50,191 bases of DNA, taken from NCBI GenBank assembly GCA_001938485.1, contig MQRK01254634.1, positions 1 to 50,191 of the forward strand, read 5' to 3'. The position numbers and the translations under genes are program-made. This DNA comes from Girardia tigrina (taxonomy: Eukaryota). Under the pieces are notes generated by a model, which was not told where the DNA came from, made no database searches, and saw only the letters and a program-made list of their open reading frames with translations. Below, piece by piece: positions 36,881 through 50,191 of this stretch (positions are counted from its first letter, which is position 1; the number at the start of each line of letters is the position of its first letter).

Positions 36881-39800
36881 TTAATCAATTTTTTTTTCTT
36901 TTTTTACTTTCTTCATTTTCTTATGCTTGTGTTTTTTGTGTTTCTTTTTCTTCTTACTATCTTCCTCATCTTCGGAATGGTCTCGGTGTTTTGATCTAGA
37001 AATTCCATGTGAAAACATCCAAGAAAATAAAATTAATAATTGTAAATTGAAAATTTCAAATGTCCGTGTATTACCCCATTGAGGAATAAGGAATAATCAC
37101 TCGATAGGACCTCAAATAATATTGTTTTTAATATTGCTACCATTTAATTTATTTGAAACATTATTTTTTCTGCAGATATTATTTTATTTTTACACAATTT
37201 TCATCAGCTAGATTAGAGAGCGCGTTTCTTTTTGTTGAAAACATTTGTCATTGTTTTTAATTCAGTTTTTAAGAAAAGACTTGTCTTTCAAATGCCTTCC
37301 GATTCCTGATTCAGACTGAAGGATTACTGGAGCTTTACAAAGCCACTTTTCGTAAACATTTTTATGGGTGCAAGTATCATTTTTAATTTTAATGCAAAGA
37401 AATAATGTATTTTTTTGTTTAATTCTTCCTCACAACTTAAATAATATTAGTGTAACTCTTTCCATTCAGTTTCTCGCTTTTTTCATCAAAATCTATTGGA
37501 ATACCAGAAAACTGTTAGAATTAGAATTTGTTGATGAAATTTTCCATTTTTCAGTTTCTTCCACCATGAATCTGTGGAATTGTCGTTCTTTGGATGATCT
37601 CTGATCACTGGAAATGGATTGTAATAACAGTGTACCATATTTAGTGACATTATTGTCCGACTTTTTTGACTAATCTAAGAATAAAGTTGAAGGTTCTTGG
37701 AACACACCTTTCATAGCTCACAAACATCACAAGTGCTTTTTTGGTGATTTTCTTGAATTAAAAACTATTTTCATAAAACTTAAATTTATAGAGACCATCC
37801 AGATCTTTTTATTGTATTTAAAATCTCTATCCCATTTGTTAACGGTAAACTGCAATCCAGGACTAGTTCACCCTATTTTTACATAATTTCAGATACAAAC
37901 TTATCAAAAAGTGAACATTATTTTTCAAAATTAGTATAAACCACTTCGTTATGTTGAACATTCCGTAAAAACCACCATTAAACGTATATGAAAATAGATT
38001 AAATTAAACTACTATTTTTTACTATATAAATATTTATTATCAAAATGAAATTATTCAACTTCAAAATCGCATTAAAAACATCTTTATTACTCAACACCTT
38101 CAGAAAAAATTAAAGTTGAATTCGCAGTTTATATATTAACGTAATAAGTGAGGAATACTTCCACTGTATGTTGCGTTCCGTGTGCTGTTTTAGTGGTCTC
38201 TTACACAGATGGAAGATGCATAGTTTAATGTCTTTGATATTCGGATTACTAAGACAATACTTATTATATTGTAAATATTCAACTTAAAAAATTAAAAATT
38301 ATTCCCTATTAATTCCTAATTTCAAAAAATAATGATAACTTTTAATATTTTATTTTCAAAATAAGGATAACATTTTAATGCATTAAACATTAAAATATAA
38401 ATATTGTGTGAATCAGTTTTTGAAAGCCAATAATATAATATGTTATATACATATAACATTTTTTATTTTTGGTAAAGAGAAAGCAATTTCTCCCAGGTTG
38501 TTCTATCTTTGTTGCTTCAATATTTTCTTCGATTGTTCTTATTCGATCGCTTTCTATTTTTTCAGTTTATGCAATAATATTGGGTGAATAACTTATACCT
38601 TAAAAGTAACCAACTTCACATGGTGCTAACGACTTGAAATTGTAGATCTGTGTTCAAACTTAACAAATGTTGTTCAATTATAAAAAAATTAATCTCATTA
38701 TTTTGATCGTTATTTTAATGATATTGTGTATTGTTAAAGGAATTTCAAATCAAATAAAACTGTCTTTTGTTTTAAATCACTGGACATTCTCCATCCATAA
38801 AAAACTTTGCACGTCATTTTTATGATATACGTACAAAAGTATTCTTAGCTTTTACCGTCAGTAATCCATTGCATAATTACGAAAAATTAGTTTCTAATAG
38901 TTGTTTAATTGTAGTTTCAAAACTCAAATTAGCAAGATAAACTGTTTTGAGAGTACTGCCCAACATTCATTAAATTATTAAAAAATTGTATTTTTCTCAT
39001 TATTTTTAGACACCTCAATAACTTTTTAACAACTGTTTGTAAAAAGAACTTCATTTGTTCAACTTTTTATTGTGCACTTTATTTGGCACACAAAGGAAAT
39101 GTATTACAATTAGTTGACCGTATTTTCTAGTCAGTTAAGTAAACATGTAATAGATGATCCTTGTACTTATCGAAGAGAAATGTAATGTGACATTAGATGA
39201 CAAAAATTAGCTTTGTTTCGAAATGGATAAAACTATTTTTCTTTAATGTTTATCTTAGTTTTTTTAAGTAATAACAATTTATTTAGGAATTGAATATATA
39301 TATATATATATAGTAAAACCCGCTTAATCCGTGAATCCGTCCATACCGAATAAATTTATATTCACGGAATTATTTTTATATAATAAAAAAATTCGCTTAA
39401 TCCGAAATCCGGCTTATACCGAACAAAAATTCTTGTGATTTAGCATTTCGGAATAAGCGGATTTTACTGTATTTCAATTCAATGTTTATTCTTAAATAAA
39501 TTATTATTACTTTAAAAAAACTAAGATAAACATTAAAGGAAAATAGTTTTATAGCTATATATAGTCGTGGCCAAAAGTATTATATAAATTTATTTTTCTG
39601 TGAAACCCGGGTAGTGAAAACATAGCGCAAGGAAATGTGTGCTTCATTGCTTCTCAAAACCATGTCAATGCTCTTTGGCATCGACTCAACCAAGTTGTGG
39701 CAGAAATTCTGACCAAAGTCGTATATCCACACATGCTTGATACTACACTACAAGTCTTCTAGAGAAGGCGGCTATATTCTGGATACCTTTAATTTAATAA

Positions 39801-40652
39801 TTCAACTGAAATTTTCGATCGAAATGAGATCCAGGCTGATATCTGACCATTTTAGAGTGCAGCACTTGTTTTCAGTCAGCTATTGATGACAGTGCCGTCC
39901 TGTTGAAATACATCACATTCTATGTGATATGTGTAATGACAATTTGTTCTGGAGCAGCTGCAAGTATTTGTCATCTCGCATTGCTTGACCTGGAGAGAGA
40001 AACCATAAAGGACCAACACATTGTGTCGAGAAAGCACCCCAAACCATCACACTAGGTAGTACTTAACTGTTGATTAACAGTATCTCGCTTAATACCACGT
40101 TCCTTTAGGGCGTTGAATTTGGAATAAATAGTTGCTTAACTGGCGGAAAGTTTATTCATCAGACCAAAAAAACTTTATTTCACGCGTCTACAGCCCACGT
40201 CGATGTTCTGGGGCACTCAGCAAACATTGAATGACCTATGAAGAATCAAAGGAGTTCCTTACAACATATATCCGGATAATATTATCGTCTCGAGGGCTAG
40301 TGATTATCTGAAACAGAGACTGATTCTTCAAAATACATGAAACAGAACATTGTTGGATACCAAGACGGACTGATATTCGTTACAAACAGTATTCTTCTTC
40401 GTGTATGTATCATAATCGCGTGCTTAGTTTTACCATTTTGTAGAAAATGAGGGAGAAATAGCCAATTTTACTGCATAAGCACAGTAAAGTGTCATGTTCT
40501 ATTAAAAGATTTGATATAATTGGTCAAATAAGATGTTATCTTATGGACCATGTCTATAAATATCATTATATGAGGTGTTGTCATGCTTTGATAACAAATA
40601 AAGGGGGGCAGTGTCTAAATCTTCGCAATTTTGCAATAACTTGTGTCATGAT

Positions 40653-40683
<31 letters not shown>

Positions 40684-42112
40684 ACTCTTTTATAGTCTTG
40701 GAAAAAAAGTTAGTCTTTTTTTTTCATTTTTCTTGATACATCTGTTATTTTTGCAGTCGAAATATTTTTATAACTATTTAAACGTTTGTAATATTTCAAA
40801 ATATATACAGTAAAATTCAACATATCCGAACACCCAAAGAGCACAGAAAAACGTTCAAATTAGCCGAAAATCGAGTAATTTGAATAATTTTTCGAAATAA
40901 AAAGGAAACTTTCAAATCCATAAAAAACGACAGTGAGTAATTCCAAAACAAATTTATGAAAGAATAGAAATGATTTTTTTCACTTAAATATTCGGTAATT
41001 AAAGTCTGTTGTTGATTCTGCAGAACTTTGTCAGATAATGTCTTGAACAAAGGTGAGACTCCTTTCACACTTTTGATGAGAAGATTCGTCAAGAGAGATA
41101 TATTGTAGTTATTTAATAAATTTGATACTTTCCATCGGATTAGACGAATAAAAGTACAATGTATCTATTGTAGGGATGTGCCGGATTTGATTTTTTGAAA
41201 TCCGACCGGAGCCGGATTTGGGCGAGTTTAAGTAAGTAGCTACTTATGCTAAACTAGGAAATCTCTCTCTATTATATTTCCACAATTTCAGTTTATCATC
41301 TGTCCGTGAGACCACGGGTTCAGGCAGGTACTGGAATCCTTCTGACTCGATGTGCTGTTATTCAGTGGGTGCTGACTGGACGATCTCATCAACACAGTCC
41401 CAGAGTATGGAGCTCTCTATCCGTAATTTCTTAGTCGGTGGTTTAAGACGATATGGTGTTAGAGGAGGAAATCAACGTAGAACTTGTTGAATGAACATTC
41501 TCAATAATATTAAAAGACAGCAGTACACTGGCATTTACTGCCGTCATAATGGACAAAATGCAATTTACGATTTTGAAATTCAATTGTTATTCTTTGAAAT
41601 ACAATATTGTTTATTGAAAAATTAATCGGTGTACCTGAATTGTTTATTTCTTTATTAACGTTGACTAAATTTAGAAAATAAATGTAGATGTCTTATGAGT
41701 CAAAAAATTGAAGTAAAATTTAGAGAAAATTAAAAATTCCAGTAAATTATAGAAAAAAAACTGAAAATTTTCTAAAATTGACTTCATTTTTTCTAAATTG
41801 TAATTGAATTTTCATTTTTTTCTAAAATTTGTTTTTTGCTTATTGGTAAATCTGTATACCCTTAAAAAATCCGGCACAAAACAGGCCAAATTATGGTAGG
41901 AGCCGGAGCCGGATTTGTAAGAGGCCGAAAACCGGCTCCCTCCGGATTCCGACACATCCCTAATCTATTGTGTCCGTTCTCATAAAATCGTCCGATTTTC
42001 GGTTTAGCCAGTTTTTCGGATCAATCAGAAAAAAATTATATTAGGAAACGTAGGGGGAATTTTCCGTATTCGGTTGTTTGGATTAGTCGAAGTAGACTAT
42101 TCATAATATTTT

Positions 42113-42149
<37 letters not shown>

Positions 42150-45100
42150 TAGGGGACACATTATTATAACCCCCTGATATTTTCATGTTTTTTAGGTTTT
42201 CTCATAATTTATAAGGGTATTAGCAAATGCAGTCATAGTTTTGATACTTACTGTGTTTGTTTTATCACCCCTTCAGAAAATGTGACAACTTTTAAACCTT
42301 ATACTGAAAAATTACCATAATTCTATTAGAAAATGATCAAAATATAAGAAAATCAAAAAAGGTAAGAAATACATGTTTTATTCCAGAATGCAAAATTTAA
42401 AAATGTACATACCTGATTACAAATGTTTTATTGTTCATAGAATAAGTAAAGTGAGTTCAATAAATGATAAATTAAACAATTTAATATTTTGTTTGTCCTC
42501 CTTTAGCGTTTACTACTGCCTGGAGACGTCTAGGCATGCTATCAATAGTTTTGAAGCTTTATGCTGAATTTCATCATCACGACACCAATTGCGGAGGACG
42601 CTCGAAATAATCTGATCCTTTGTTATAATTTGGCTGAGTCTCCTTCATAATATCCCATATGTTTTCTATTGGGTTTAAGTCAGGAGAATTCCCAGGCCAA
42701 GGAAGGACATTGATATGATCGGTCTCAAAAAATTGAGTCACCACCCTAGCCTTGTGATATGGAGTTGAATTATGCATGAAAAGACAGTTTTCAGTTGAAC
42801 CAAACCTTTCAAGCAGTTGAGGCAGCATCCGTTCGCACAAAACATACATGTATTGACTTTTTTCCATCATACCATCGACAATATGCAAACGTCCAGGACC
42901 TTTTGAACTGATAACACCTTAAAACATGACTTTGGTTGGGTGTTTGACGGCTTCACGTACCACCACTGCTTGACTTCTTGCTGATTGGCATACAAAAATC
43001 GTTTCATCACTAAAACACACTGTTCTCCAGAACTCGATTGGCTTGTTTAGGTACTGTCGAGCAAATTGTAGACGTTGCAACTTCATCGCTGAGGTCAGCT
43101 TTGGTTTTCGGATTGGCTTCACCGATTTGTAGCCAGTCTCATTCAGTCGTCTGCGAACTGTACGTGCTGAAATATTGATACCACGTTCAACGAGCTGACC
43201 CTGTACTTGTTTTGCTGACAGAAGGTTATCTTTCCTAATCATTCTCACCATTATCCGGTCGTCCTGTTCAGTTGTTTTTCGTTTTGGACCACATCTGCCA
43301 ACTCTGGATGTCGAAAAGACACCTGCTGTTATTCGTTTTTTTGATGTTGTTGACACTTGCATGATGAATATTGCACAAAGTGGTAATCTGCCTAATTGAA
43401 AACTTTCCACTTGATAACAAAGTGTCAACTTTTGCCACAACAGTAAAGGACAGATCACAGCGTTTACCCATGACTACGAATGATGTCTTTGTATTCAACA
43501 GGATACTAAAAAAATAATCTGTAAGAAGAAATTGATTAATCTATTACTGTCAGATAATTAATTTGTTTTCCTGTCTGACAGCAACAGATCATTTTTAATT
43601 GTAATAAATAATTTTTTTATTGTGAAAATGATACAGACCATATTTTAAAACATAAATGTTTGATTTAGAATAAAATGATTTACTTGAAAAAATCAAAACA
43701 TGAGAAAATACGGAGGTTGCAATAAAAAAGCATGACAATATCAGGTGGTTATAATAATGTGTCCCCTACTGTATATATATTAAAAATTAGAGAAATCGTA
43801 ATTTTAATCAGTAAAATTTATTATGTACAAAAATATAATAGTCAAAAATATAAAGATAATTATTTCGCTAAATGTAACAATAACAAAACTAAAAATCTAA
43901 ATAATAATAAAAATTGACATAAATAGAAAATATATTTTAAAAATACAATTAAAATACAAAATAAAATACTTTTTTGATTTTTTTTCTTTTCGACTGATTA
44001 CTTGAGAGTCAACTGGATCATCTCGTTCTCGCGATGCACTGATCGGTCTTGCAATCACTTCTCGTTTAATTTCCAGTGGTTCCGATAATCCGAAAGAATA
44101 GGAATTATTATCTTTTGATGGTGACGACGTGCGCCTTTTCTTCATCTTCGTTGAACTCGAGGAAATCAGTTGCTTCCGGCTATGGTGTTGATGATGACTA
44201 TTCTCCAATCGATCCTTCGATATTTTCGGGACACTTCTACTGCGAGTCGAGCGCCGATGTTTCCGACTCTTGCAATCGATTACTGGGATTTTACTGGACG
44301 ATTTGATGTTGTGATTGCTGATGGTACTGCTTGGTCGATATTCCGGTGAGGAGTGATGGTGGCGATATCGAGAAGACACGTTGTTGTTATAATCATCATT
44401 GCTGTGTTTCGAGTCAGATGGCAGCAAGACTGAATCTCGGTTATCATCGGGATTAGCTGTGAGACATCTGGAAAATACCGATTGAAAAGGAGAAAAAAAG
44501 AAAATCAATTATCCAATACTTCAAGAACGTATGGATTGAATCCTCCATTAGTTTAGGATCAATTTTTTTTATATCCTGACTCGGAAAATCGGTTGGAAAC
44601 ACAGAGCGATCTTTAGGTGAATCATAATGCGTTCTGCGGTGCGATCGAGACGATCTCGAGTCCCGAATCTCATTTGACTCATCCTGATGACTGTCAACAC
44701 GATTTGAACTCATTTTCGAATCTTTGTACGATGATATTTTATATTGATAATTGGATGAGGACGAGTATTTTCGATCAGATTTTTCGGAACGATAATCAGA
44801 ACGACTCGACTGAGATTTGTGTTTTCTTCGAGGAGACTGGCTGCCAGATGGAGACCGCGAGTCTCGATGTCTAAGTTTCATTCTATTAAATTGTAGCCAC
44901 AAAAACAAATCAATCAATTATATCAATCGTAATTAAAATCTACTTTTCTGCTCGTAATCGACGTTGTCGCTCGTAGAACTCTTCCTTCGTTAGAATTCGT
45001 GTTTGGTTTATTCCATGGTTTGGTGGGATTGTCAAACCGTTTCCCATCCAATTCGACGGATTCGTTGTTGAGTTCAAAGCGGCTCCAAACATCGTTTGTA

Positions 45101-47837
45101 ATGGAATATTATTATACATTAACGGCCATTGTAAGGGATCGAGGGTATTCAGAGGAATTGGATTATTAAGGAATTGTTGCTGGACAGATGTAACTAGTTG
45201 AGTCGTTGTAGCAGGAAAGTGATTGAGCAATGGTTGTTGATGCTGATGGTGTTGATTATGATGACCGTGATGATTATGGTGCTGTTGTTGTTGCTGTTGA
45301 TTTGATGGATGAGAATGGTTATGAGAGTGATGATGATGGTGCGGAGACGCTGCATCGAGTGCCGAATGAACATTCGAGTTGAATGTCTTTTGAATGGATG
45401 ATAAATCACTGCTATTATTAATCATATGTCCTTTCAAATGATCGATTCTGGAACCAGAAATATTATTCATTTTTCCAGATTCAATTTTTCGATCTCCCGA
45501 ACTGTTCTTTGCGCCAATATTGTTGTTACTCTCGATTCTTTTGGCAACAATTTCAATTTTCAGATTATTTTGATCGTTATTAATTTTATTGTTGATATTT
45601 TTATTTTCTCGAGATTTTTCCGATCGATTATCATTGACGGTATTATTGCTACTACCTGCCGTTAAAGAAACCGCATCATAATCTTGAACCTTCTCGAAAA
45701 TCAAATCGTTAACATCCGCATCACTAAGAACGTTATTATTGATCGAATTAGCACTACTGCTGGTAGTGATGGCTACTGTTGTAGGTTTTTCGTTTTTCAC
45801 CTCATCATTCAATTGATTTTCATTAGTTTTAATCACATCGATATTGTTAATAATATCCATTTTACTATCCAAATTCGATTTCAATGATTTATCGGGAGTC
45901 GAAGGCTTGATATTACTCGGAGAATCAGTTCGCATTTGATGGGCCGCTGTTTTCGGTTTCAAAACACGCCTGTTGTTAACAAAAACCTTTGAAAAGGAAA
46001 AAAAGAGCGGACCATAAAAAAAACGATCTTTTGAAATCAATCTACCTTTTCTGTAATTTCGGTTTTTGGAACCGAAGAAGACAAGTTTTCGCAATCTGGT
46101 TTATTATTATTATTAGCCGATTCAAATTTCAATTCTGGAGATTTACTAGAATCCTAAAAATACCAAACAGTATTATTATCATCCTTAACATACCAATAAA
46201 ACCGCCCGAATTTTTTGCAAGTCACGAGAACGATTTATTTGTCAAATACACCGTTTACACACACAAGCAAACAAACAAGCTAACACACACGCGCGCACAC
46301 ACATTCCCAAACAAAACCAATAAATTGCAGATATCGGTATTCGATATTGGTGAGACACAATCGGCTTGCATAGATCGATTGATGCAATCGATACATGATA
46401 CGCATATTGATGGATTAATCAATCATTTATCGATTCCGAATTCATTCACTCATTCATCCAATCACTTTCTCTCATTCACACCCACACCAATCGATAAATC
46501 AATCAATCATCAAGAACCACCATTTTTGAATAATTAAAAAAAATAATTATACGACCGATAGAAAATTTTTTAAAAATATATTTGTAGACAAAATATACCA
46601 AAATATATCTCAAAACAATGACAAAAATAAATAAATAAATAAAAAAATAAATAAATAAATATATATAAATATAAATAATATCAGAGATGAATAAAAAAAT
46701 CAATATTATCATTATTTCCTCTTTTATACTTGAATAATTATCGGTTTTTTTCTCAATTACTAATTATTCTTTTTTGCCGTTTGTTTTCAATTTAATCGAT
46801 ATTTATTTATTTATTTTGATTTATTTATTTATCTTTTTTTATTCAATGATTTATTCGTTTTTTTTTCGATGTTTTCGTGTTGTGAAATGTATGAATTTTT
46901 AATCATTATTACCATTTACTATTGAATTTGATAAAAATAAAAATACCCGTTATTTTTGTGTCTGTATTGAGAAGAATGATCGATTAATTGGATAAAAATT
47001 TTTGTGACGTAAGAAAACCATTTTTGTAATTATTAAATCAATGAATGAATGATTAAATGAGTGAATGAATGAATGAATGAATGAAAAACGAACAAACAAA
47101 CAAACAAAAGAAAAAAGAAAAGAAATTCTAAATGCACAATTTACTTCATTAAGTTCAGTTTTTTTATTGCTAGAATGGTTTAGAGTGGTAACGCAACTAT
47201 CGACAATTTCTTTCGTTAAGAGATTTGCTTTCCAGCACTGGATCAATTGACGCAAGAGCTCATGTTCGATCAGAGACGTATGATGCTCGATTATCGATTG
47301 ACAATTCGGACATTTTTGTGAACCGTTCACTTCAGGATCGTACAGATAATTAGTTATACATTTCTCACAATAGACCGATGAGCAACACGGAGTGCATGTT
47401 GGATTCTCCAGTAACTTTGAGCAAAGAGAACACTTTATTTTTGATGGAAATTCTTGATCTTTCGGAATATAAGGAGGGTTTTCTTCGACTGAGAAAGGGC
47501 GCTTTTCTTTTTTACCCATTGCGTAAGCTTCGCTGTAAATTAAAGATATCGATATTAGACATGACCGGATTGAAGAATCGATGAAACGTACGCGTCTTTG
47601 ATCGGAACCATATATTTGCCCTCTTTTGTAAGATATGCGCCAGGAGTGCCAGGAGAAACTTCCAATAGAAAATCTTGGGGAATTCCAGTAGGCCGTTTAA
47701 CTGATTTAAAGTCAAGTAATCGTCCATCTTTGTCACGTAGACCGGGACATTCGTGAATCCAATGGCCTCCTTGGTGGCATTTATTGCAAACATAAGACGC
47801 TGGAGGAGTACCGTATGGCTTGTGTTTAACGAGAAAA
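36881..47837 (-). CDS. RBBP6: E3 ubiquitin-protein ligase RBBP6 / Mpe1 homologue; 5' (DWNN) exons not found in window
   Basis: Exons 47837-47592, 47532-47145, 46153-46046, 45986-44944, 44882-44520, 44467-43970 and 36995-36881 join in phase at GT-AG sites. Zinc knuckle PPASYVCNKCHQGGHWIHECP, KRPTGIP, DAEAYAMGKKEKRPF, RING (CSLC..PCC..YCEKC..CPNC), LTKEEFY, a Ser/Arg-rich region and a KKHKKHKHKK tail are all RBBP6 hallmarks. Confidence 0.9.
39228..39552. mobile_element. pogo-type MITE (about 39312-39469) nested inside a second inverted-repeat element
   Basis: AGTAAAACCCGCTTAATCCG / CGGAATAAGCGGATTTTACTG beside a (TA)n run; outer arms at 39228-39295 and 39478-39552 are reverse complements. Confidence 0.7.
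39560..40697 (-). mobile_element. Tc1-like remnant
   Basis: Terminus AGTCGTGGCCAAAAGTATT; minus-strand VMVWGAFS and FQQDG motifs; far end approximate. Confidence 0.75.
40808..42100. mobile_element. Tigger-like non-autonomous element carrying a nested hAT insertion
   Basis: TA|CAGTAAAATTCAACATATCCGAAC start, with a degenerate inverted end near 42070-42100. Confidence 0.55.
41171..41962. mobile_element. hAT-type non-autonomous element
   Basis: TIRs TAGGGATGTG / CACATCCCTA; perfect 8-bp TSD ATCTATTG; CCGG-rich subterminal repeats. Confidence 0.88.
42147..43771 (-). mobile_element. Full-length Tc1 transposon (1625 bp) with frameshifted transposase
   Basis: TIRs CAGTAGGGGACACATTATTATAACC at both ends in TA context; ORF pieces MGKRCDLS.., ISARTVRRRL, VCFSDET and WPGNSPDLNPIENIW. 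Confidence 0.95.
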
Positions 47838-48293
47838 CTGAAACCAAAGTCTCGGTTATTATAATTAACAAATATTTTATTAAATATAAAATTTGAATAC
47901 ACAACCATATTTATTCGAATTTGCATTTGTTTGATTTATAAATTTTTAATTTTTAAAGAAATATTATTTCATGGTAAAACATCGCCGAAATAAGTTTAAA
48001 CTAAAAGAAATTAAATTTAACAATTATATTAACTTTACGCATTACATTAAATTAGTGTAAAAATAGTAATTAGCAATTTAGTTCATTACCTGAAAATTTT
48101 AATTTTTCATTGAGATAAGGCGCACATCCTTGTAAGATCCACTATCATTTGTGCCGAAAAATATGAAACCCAATGTATTTTATTTCTTCAATTCATTTAC
48201 TCTTTTGATATGTAAAAAAGTAAGTGTTGAGGAAAATCGTTAGTAAGACGTATTAAAATGTTATCTGTTAATGATTATTGACTTGTGTGATAA

Positions 48294-48513
48294 GGGGCCG
48301 TCCATGAATGACGTCACGTAAGAGGGGGGAGGGGAGCAGAATGTTGTGACAAAGTGTGACGTGGGGTTTGGGAAATGTGACGTCAAATCGAAATGCTAAA
48401 GTATTTAGTGACGAAGGGGGAGGGGGGTCAGGTGTTTTGTGAAGAAATGTGACAAGGGGGAATGGAGTTTGGAAATCTGCTAAAATCACGTGACATCATT
48501 TATGGACAGCCCT
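48294..48513. mobile_element. PIF/Harbinger (Tourist-like) MITE
   Basis: TAA|GGGGCCGTCCATGAATGACGTCACG ... CGTGACATCATTTATGGACAGCCCT|TAA; internal GTGAC repeats. Confidence 0.8.
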
Positions 48514-50191
48514 TAAAAATGTATTATTATTTTCTAATTCTGGAGGTGTGATCAAGAAAACAAAATTTGAGCTTTAAGAATAGCTTCGAAAGGAAAGGAA
48601 GAAATAAAATTGAATAAATTGCTTTTATTGGGTGATTAACTTAAATATGAATTATAATATTTTTATAAATAGTACGAAGGTCTCTCATCCCAGGTACACG
48701 ATATAAATATTTTTAAGTTAAATTATAAATATGAAGAAAAAAGTTCTTTAGACAATATGTAATTAATTATAAGCAGTCACAAAATAGAGAATATCTAAAA
48801 TAATCTGTAATCACGTAAGTTATTTAATTCAATATTGTCACTGTTTTAAGATGTAAGGTATGATAACTAATTATGTTATTTTACCACTCTCTTATATAAC
48901 AAATAAGAATAATCAATGCTGGTCTTTAAAACAACAATTAAAGTAAGTTACTTTAATTGTTACAATTTGTAACCGTCTATACAATTGTGAAATCTGTACA
49001 TATTGACTGCATATTTATTAGTAAAATCAGTCTGAAGGTAGGTAATCTACTGAGGATATAATTACTACTGCTTTATTGAAAAATAGACAAAATCGCCACA
49101 TTATAAGCGAGACCATAATTATTTCTTTAATTTTTATATCAACACCAAGTTAAGGAATTCTTTTTAAATGTGAACTCTAAATGATGAGAGAATTTACCAT
49201 GCCTCAGTTAAATAGACATTTAATATCATTTGTAGGATGCAACATTAGACGACTAGATTGGTAAACGAGAAACAGTTTACTGGCATCAAAGATCACTAGA
49301 CTCAACCCAATGTAATTACTTGATATTAAAATTCTTGTTAACACGAACAACCCGAGAGTATAAAATCAATTAAAAATCTATGCAGGGTAATTCACAAGTA
49401 CCTTGAAGTTGAAAGTCACATTTCGAACTCCAAGCATAGTTTATTTTATTTGTTGCATTCACAGTTTCATTTTTCAATATTTATTATCTTTATTGTTTTT
49501 TTAATTAAGGTTATTTCTAAATAGCGCTGTACTTTACAATGTAAAATATAAAAGTAACATAAAAAAGTAATGTGGCGTATACATTATTATTATAAAGATT
49601 ATATAAAAACGTATTTTATGTATCAAGGAACAAGGAGTTGTAATTCTATTGTAGCCCGAAGTTATTATTGAATTGATTATAAATGTTTGTTTTTAATGAA
49701 TGATAATGAACAAAGACAAGCAGAGCACACACCTCCCTGTATCTAATTGGATAATTAAATGACAAATCTATCTCTTTTGTATCACCCATCTCCTGATCCA
49801 ACATTCAATTCAATTCATTTGGGGGTGATTGGAAAATAATCAAATCCAATTCAGTCGTACAAGTGTATACTCACTGGTATTTGGAGGTGTGAATCACGGT
49901 CAGTCTCATTCGATGATTTCAAACTCAATTTTGAGTCGATTTTGGTGGTATACAGGATTAGTGTGAAAAAAAGAACTCAGTCACAAATTTGGAAAATCGT
50001 TAACCTAAGTTGGAATTTGTCTCTCCTGAAACGTATGGGTTATTGTGAATTTTCCCTGGCACTTACTGTGAGTTGAAATATTAGGTTGTTCGATATGAAA
50101 CGGGTCAAAATTAAAGTAAAATGTAAATCGATTTTTTTTAAATAATAACATTTTATTTTTAATCAAAATATCCCCCCATGTTGTCAACACA

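Noticed and set aside
37200-39120. Possible Sola- and hAT-like remnants (e.g. STCDVCE)
   Set aside because: Too decayed to assign family or ends.
44076-46712. Plus-strand ORFs overlapping RBBP6 and the hydrophobic ORF 46503-46712
   Set aside because: Antisense shadows of low-complexity exons and AT-rich intron sequence.
49390-49450. KCDFQLQ|gt as a candidate DWNN exon of RBBP6
   Set aside because: In-frame stop just upstream with no suitable acceptor, and no other DWNN motifs nearby.

Overview
AT-rich eukaryotic (animal-type) genomic DNA; the lineage cannot be fixed from the window. Three spliced host genes can be reconstructed: (1) the 3' part of an EGF + FAS1-like single-pass membrane protein (stabilin-like, + strand, 2558-13411); (2) a complete 172-aa secreted protein with two thyroglobulin type-1 domains (thyropin-like, - strand, 33239-33864); (3) most of RBBP6 (zinc knuckle, RING, Ser/Arg-rich region, Lys/His tail; - strand, 36881-47837, 5' exons not found). 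Introns are either about 43-64 nt or kilobases long and usually filled with transposons. The rest is a nested mosaic of decayed mobile elements: Penelope-like RT, two RTE-like LINEs with C-terminal C2H2 finger arrays, a full Gypsy element with both LTRs and TSD, mariner, Tc1, pogo/Tigger, hAT, piggyBac, MULE and Harbinger-type elements. The most notable signals are the LINE C2H2 arrays, a Gypsy gag that starts inside the LTR and reads through the PBS in two related elements, and a minimal hammerhead ribozyme just upstream of the thyropin gene. All coordinates and translations were done by hand.
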